From Myxococcota bacterium (GTDB lineage Bacteria > Myxococcota > JACRCW01): a stretch of 10,650 nt of DNA. The notes under the pieces are model-generated. The model ran no database searches. It was given only the letters and a program-made list of their open reading frames with translations, and was not told the origin of the DNA. Both the position numbers and the translations under genes were made by a program. The stretch is taken from assembly GCA_040752415.1 (NCBI GenBank), contig JBFMGU010000328.1:1-10650 (forward strand). Reading direction: 5' to 3'. This document shows positions 6,952-10,650 of this stretch, piece after piece (the stretch's first letter is position 1; every line of letters begins with the position of its first letter).

Positions 6952-8445
6952 TCAACGCAGGTTGATCTCGCGCTTGGCCACTTCACCGGGCTTGATGTCG
7001 ACGGTGAACGTGCGCGTCAGGCCCTGCGCCTCATTCACCAGCTTCACCGTGTGACGTCCCGCGGGCAGGCGCACCTTGAACAGCGGCGTGGAGCCCATGG
7101 GATTCCCGTCGACGGTGACCACCGCCCACGGATCGGAAGCCAACGTGAGGAAACCGTCGCCGCCCACCGGCGCGGGCTCCGGGCGCGTCTCGCCACCGCG
7201 TCCCCCACGCTTGGGTCCCTTCCCCGGCGCCTTGGTGCGCGCGGGTTCCACCTCGGGCGCTTTGGCTTCCACCACGCCAGCGTCGGGAATCGCGGGCTGG
7301 ACAACGGGGACGGGCGCGGGAGCTGGTGCCGGCGCCGGCGCGGCCACGACGGGCGCGGGGGGCGTGGGAGGAGGTGCCGAGGGCGCGGGACGTGAGAGCC
7401 ACAACGCCGCCATGCCCGCCGCCGCCACCCCGGCGCCGCCCAGCACGGACAGGAGCTGACGTCGCTTCTTCCGCACGCTGGTGCGACTGCCGGTGCGTGA
7501 CGCCGGAGTGAGGTCCGCCAGCCGCTCGCGCACCGCGTCGCCAATGAGCGACTCCACGTACGCGGCCGGCTCCGGCTTCTCCGACGCAGGAACCGCGGCC
7601 AGCACCTCCTCCAGCGCCGCCGCCATCTCGTTGCCGGTCTGGAAACGCTGCGCGGGGTCCGCGGCAAGCGCACGCATCACCACGCGCTCCAGCGCCTGCG
7701 GGTAGGCCGGCACCACGTCGGACGGGCGCGGGAGCTGACCGGTCATGACGGCGGAGATGATTTCCACGTCGGACTTGTTGGGGAACATGCGCCGGCCCGC
7801 CGTCACCTCCCAGGCCACCACCCCCAGTGCGAACAGGTCGCTGCGCGCGTCCACCGCTTCCGCGCGCATCTGCTCCGGCGCCATGTACGCCACCTTGCCC
7901 TTCATGACGCCGGTGCGCGTGCGCTGGCCGCCCCCCGCAACCTTGGCGATGCCAAAGTCCACCACCTTGGTCACGCCGTCACGACGCACCATGATGTTCT
8001 GCGGGCTCACGTCGCGGTGGACCAGGTGGAGCGGATGGCCCTGCGCGTCCGCCTGGTGATGTGCGTGGTGGAGCGCGCGCGCCGCCTGCGCCACGAAGGC
8101 CAGGAAGGGCCACGGGTTGTGTCGACCTTGACGGAGCGCCGCGCGGACCAGGGAGCTCAGCGTGTCCCCGTCCACGTACTCCATGGCGATGTAGTAGGTG
8201 CCTTCCTCCTGGTTGACGTCGTAGATCTGGACGATGTTCGGGTGGTTGAGCATCCCCGCGATGCGTGCTTCCGCGAGGAACATGTCCACGCGGTCGTCGT
8301 CATCCTCGGGTTGGCTCAGCAGCGTCTTGATGATGGCCAGGCGCTCAAAGCCCTTGAGGCCCGTCTGACGCGCCAGGAAGATCTCACCCATGCCGCCCAC
8401 GGCAAGGCGCTTGATGGTCTCGAAGGAGCCGTAGGCGGGGAGCAT
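6952..8445 (-). CDS. Membrane-anchored Hanks-type Ser/Thr protein kinase with C-terminal PEGA domain
   Basis: All catalytic motifs are intact: LAVGGMGEIF, AIIK, alphaC Glu (FLAEAR), HRDVSPQN, DFGIAK, KGKVAYMAPEQ, DLFALG. These are followed by basic KKRR, a Gly/Ala-rich TM segment (LLSVLGGAGVAAAGMAALWL), a Pro/Ala linker and a PEGA-like domain GFLTLASDPWAVVTVDGNPMGSTPL...LPAGRHTVKLVN...VDIKPGE. Confidence 0.95.
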   Translation of the reverse strand: MLPAYGSFETIKRLAVGGMGEIFLARQTGLKGFERLAIIKTLLSQPEDDDDRVDMFLAEARIAGMLNHPNIVQIYDVNQEEGTYYIAMEYVDGDTLSSLVRAALRQGRHNPWPFLAFVAQAARALHHAHHQADAQGHPLHLVHRDVSPQNIMVRRDGVTKVVDFGIAKVAGGGQRTRTGVMKGKVAYMAPEQMRAEAVDARSDLFALGVVAWEVTAGRRMFPNKSDVEIISAVMTGQLPRPSDVVPAYPQALERVVMRALAADPAQRFQTGNEMAAALEEVLAAVPASEKPEPAAYVESLIGDAVRERLADLTPASRTGSRTSVRKKRRQLLSVLGGAGVAAAGMAALWLSRPAPSAPPPTPPAPVVAAPAPAPAPAPVPVVQPAIPDAGVVEAKAPEVEPARTKAPGKGPKRGGRGGETRPEPAPVGGDGFLTLASDPWAVVTVDGNPMGSTPLFKVRLPAGRHTVKLVNEAQGLTRTFTVDIKPGEVAKREINLR

Positions 8446-8458
8446 GCGGGCGGGGATC

Positions 8459-9490
8459 CTACACGTACTGCTTGCCCGCCGTGGTGGGCGGTGTGCCGTC
8501 TCCGCGCAGAAAGAGATAGAGCCCGGTGGAGCCCACCACCGCCGCCGTCAGCACCGCGGCCGAGAGCACGCCCGTGGTGATCGCCAGAGCTCCCGTCCCA
8601 GCGCCGGCCACCGCCCAGAAACGCGGCTGTCGCCAGAACGGGGGACCCGCCACCTGCCCGGCCTCGAGCAGCATCACGTTGGGATTCTCCTCGGCGCCCA
8701 GCGTGGCCAGCACCTCACCGCCTTGCCCCCGCGCCACCACCACGTACTCGAACTTCAGCGGCTGGTCGGTGCTGGTCTGCGCCGCCGTGAACCGCGCCAC
8801 GTGCGCGTCCTTCTCCGCCTGGAACGGGATGGAGGCAAACGGGCTGTTCTTGTTCACCCGGTATTCCAGGGTCAGGGCCTGGACGCCGCGGTGTGGGTCG
8901 GTGAGCTTGACCTTGATGTCCAGCGGCGTGCCGCCCTTGTGGGCCTTGGGCGCATCCACCGCCATGCGGATGCTCTCCACCACCTTCCTGCGCTCCGCCT
9001 CCTTCACCGCCGCGCGGATGGCGTTCTCCTCCGCCTGCACCTTGCGGAACACCGCGAGGATCTTGGGCGGGGTGTCGGCGGGGAGATCAAAGTCCGGGCG
9101 CAAGCGCAGCAGGAGGCGATAGGGGCGCTCCGCTTCCACGGTCTGACCCACCACGGCGTAGGAGCCCGCCAGCAGCGTGTAGCCCTCGGCCTGCTGGTCC
9201 ACGGTCAGGTCGGGACGCGCCAGGAGCTGCGTGGAGCGCTCAATGCACACGTCGTAGTCCAGCGCGCGGTAGGCGGCCTGGGCGGCCTGCAGCAGCGACG
9301 GGGTGTCCTGCGCCACCTGGGGAGCAGGGGCGGGCCTGGGGGCCGGCGTGGGCGCGGGAGCGGGAGTGGGCGCGGGTGCGGGCACCGGGCGCGCGGGAGC
9401 CGCCTTGGGAGGGCGCTTGGGCTTGGCGTGACCCGGGGCCGCCGCGGTCAGGGCGGTGAGCACCATCAGCAACGCCACGTCGAGCCGCAC
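8459..9490 (-). CDS. Exported TPR-like + Ig-like domain protein with hydrophobic C-terminal tail (343 aa)
   Basis: The real start is probably GTG 9490, with GGAGG 9 nt upstream; the track's 9994 start runs antisense through the LRR gene. Architecture: signal peptide MRLDVALLMVLTALTAAAPGHA, a (PA/PT)n linker, TPR-like helices (LQAAQAAYRALDYDVC; AEGYTLLAGSYAVVGQTVEAERPYRLLLRLRPDFDLP...PPKI), a beta-rich domain (LTLEYRV; FEYVVVARG) and a PPFWRQPRFW motif before a long Gly/Ala hydrophobic tail. Confidence 0.8.
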   Translation of the reverse strand: MRLDVALLMVLTALTAAAPGHAKPKRPPKAAPARPVPAPAPTPAPAPTPAPRPAPAPQVAQDTPSLLQAAQAAYRALDYDVCIERSTQLLARPDLTVDQQAEGYTLLAGSYAVVGQTVEAERPYRLLLRLRPDFDLPADTPPKILAVFRKVQAEENAIRAAVKEAERRKVVESIRMAVDAPKAHKGGTPLDIKVKLTDPHRGVQALTLEYRVNKNSPFASIPFQAEKDAHVARFTAAQTSTDQPLKFEYVVVARGQGGEVLATLGAEENPNVMLLEAGQVAGPPFWRQPRFWAVAGAGTGALAITTGVLSAAVLTAAVVGSTGLYLFLRGDGTPPTTAGKQYV

Positions 9491-9499
9491 CCGGTGGAA

Positions 9500-9504
9500 C
9501 CTCC
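9500..9504 (-). promoter_or_regulatory. Shine-Dalgarno GGAGG for the TPR-protein gene
   Basis: The minus strand reads GGAGG-TTCCACCGG-GTG. The GTG is in frame and begins a plausible signal peptide. Confidence 0.7.
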
Positions 9505-9626
9505 GTGGGACAAGCGTGGACCAGGCCCGCGGGGCTGCGCAACCCAAGGGATGACGCGGGCTTGGACCGGGGCGCGCAGGTTGGCTGGCGCGGGAGCGGC
9601 CGCGGCCGGATAGAGTGCGCGACGCC

Positions 9627-10499
9627 ATGGCTGACCGTCTTCGCGACTTCCAGGATCCCACGGTGGCCCTCAACGTGCAGTTCGAGGACCCCAACCTCGT
9701 CATCCGTGTCCTCGACACCGGCGCCACCACGCCCGAGGAGGTGGTCATCCTCAATGGCTTCCGCGCTGGCATCAAGAGCCTGGTGGGCCTGGAGGAGCTG
9801 GTGAACCTGGAGGAAGCGGACCTCCACCAGAACGAGATTGCCGACGTCAGCCCGCTGGCCGACCTGCAGCGGTTGGCGGTGCTGCACCTGGGGATCAACC
9901 AGATCACCGACGCCACGCCGTTCAGCTCCATGGGCGGACTGACCCACCTGACCGTGTTCCAGAACGAGATTCCCGACGTCACGCCGTTCGCCACGATGAC
10001 GCAGCTGGAGGTGCTGCACCTCCGCTACAACCTGCTCGATGACATCTCACCGCTGGCGGAACTCACCGGGCTCAAGGAGCTGACGTTCGGGAACAACGCC
10101 ATCGAGGACATCTCGTGCGTGGCGGGGATGGAGCAGTTGGAGCTGCTCAATGGGTACATGAACTACATCGAGGACCTGCGGCCGCTGGTGCGGTTGCAGA
10201 ACCTGAAGTGGCTGTACCTGGGGTTCAACCGCGTCAGGGACATCGAGCCGCTGTTCGAGCTGGGCAGCCTGCGCGAGGTGTATCTCGAGGGGAATGACGA
10301 GCTGCCCAAGAGCCACGTGGACGAGATCAAGCGGTTCCTCAAGGAGCGCGTGGCGGCGGAAAAGGCCGCGGCACCCCAGAGGCCCAAGCTGCCCGACGAT
10401 GACCCGGATGCCACCGAGGACAACGGGTTCATCTCCATGACCCAGGTGCCCGACCGCGTGAAGCGGCAACGGGCGGCGCGCGCGGCGCGGCGGAAGTGA
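9627..10499 (+). CDS. Internalin/SDS22-like leucine-rich repeat protein, no signal peptide
   Basis: Cap-like VQFEDPNL and GIKSLVGLEELVNL, then seven complete 22-aa LRRs (e.g. LEVLHLRYNLLDDISPLAELTG, LKWLYLGFNRVRDIEPLFELGS) plus a partial eighth (LREVYLEGN), and a charged low-complexity tail. The start is ATG 9627 or GTG 9615. Confidence 0.9.
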   Translation: MADRLRDFQDPTVALNVQFEDPNLVIRVLDTGATTPEEVVILNGFRAGIKSLVGLEELVNLEEADLHQNEIADVSPLADLQRLAVLHLGINQITDATPFSSMGGLTHLTVFQNEIPDVTPFATMTQLEVLHLRYNLLDDISPLAELTGLKELTFGNNAIEDISCVAGMEQLELLNGYMNYIEDLRPLVRLQNLKWLYLGFNRVRDIEPLFELGSLREVYLEGNDELPKSHVDEIKRFLKERVAAEKAAAPQRPKLPDDDPDATEDNGFISMTQVPDRVKRQRAARAARRK

Positions 10500-10567
10500 C
10501 GAGGGGGACCTCTGGGTTGGTGGCGAGTTGGCCCCCCCACCCGGCCGCCTCACAGCTTGCACGACTT

Positions 10568-10648
10568 TCACGACGACGGCGGCCGGCCTCCCCCACGGCG
10601 TGGGGAGGCGTAGATGTGCCGCTCCGCTGGCTTCAGTGACCTGAGCGC
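10568..10648 (-). CDS. Possible 3' end of a minus-strand gene entering from beyond the window
   Basis: The frame reads ALRSLKPAERHIYASPRRGGGRPPSS* with mostly G/C third positions and TGA at 10570-10568. It is too short to identify. Confidence 0.3.
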   Translation of the reverse strand, partial: ALRSLKPAERHIYASPRRGGGRPPSS

Positions 10649-10650
10649 GG

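Noticed and set aside
6946..6954. TGAGGCTCA palindrome as a binding or recombination site
   Set aside because: It is largely explained by two facing TGA stop codons.
9325..9400. Short G-rich 6/18-bp periodic repeats (also at 7300-7390) as VNTR or G-quadruplex elements
   Set aside because: They are degenerate and explained by Pro-Ala/Pro-Thr linker codons on the minus strand.
9491..9994. N-terminal 168-aa extension of the TPR ORF in the ORF track
   Set aside because: It overlaps the LRR gene antisense and mirrors its periodicity. GTG 9490 has a good SD and begins a signal peptide.
10586..10609. Hairpin GCCTCCCCCAC-GGC-GTGGGGAGGC as an intrinsic terminator
   Set aside because: There is no U-tract on either strand, it lies about 85 bp past the LRR stop, and it may fall inside a minus-strand gene end. 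It cannot be supported as a terminator.

Overview
Very GC-rich, gene-dense bacterial DNA (about 70% GC by eye). The gene families point to Myxococcota or a related delta-proteobacterial lineage (inference). Plus strand: a 5'-truncated Clp/Hsp100 double-AAA+ ATPase (no M-domain, LGF loop, non-aromatic D1 pore loop), a Rossmann-like/DUF2520 oxidoreductase, and a 1362-aa lipoprotein with 12 Myxococcus-type Cys-rich repeats and an NHL/beta-propeller head. Converging on the lipoprotein from the minus strand are an exported TPR + Ig-like protein with a hydrophobic C-terminal tail and a membrane Hanks-type Ser/Thr kinase with a C-terminal PEGA domain. An internalin-like LRR protein without a signal peptide is transcribed divergently from that pair. 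No RNA genes, mobile elements or CRISPR arrays were seen. The best candidate for an under-described system is the lipoprotein / TPR protein / kinase-PEGA trio (possibly plus the LRR protein) as a trans-envelope sensing or surface-display module. This is a hypothesis from domain content and adjacency only.
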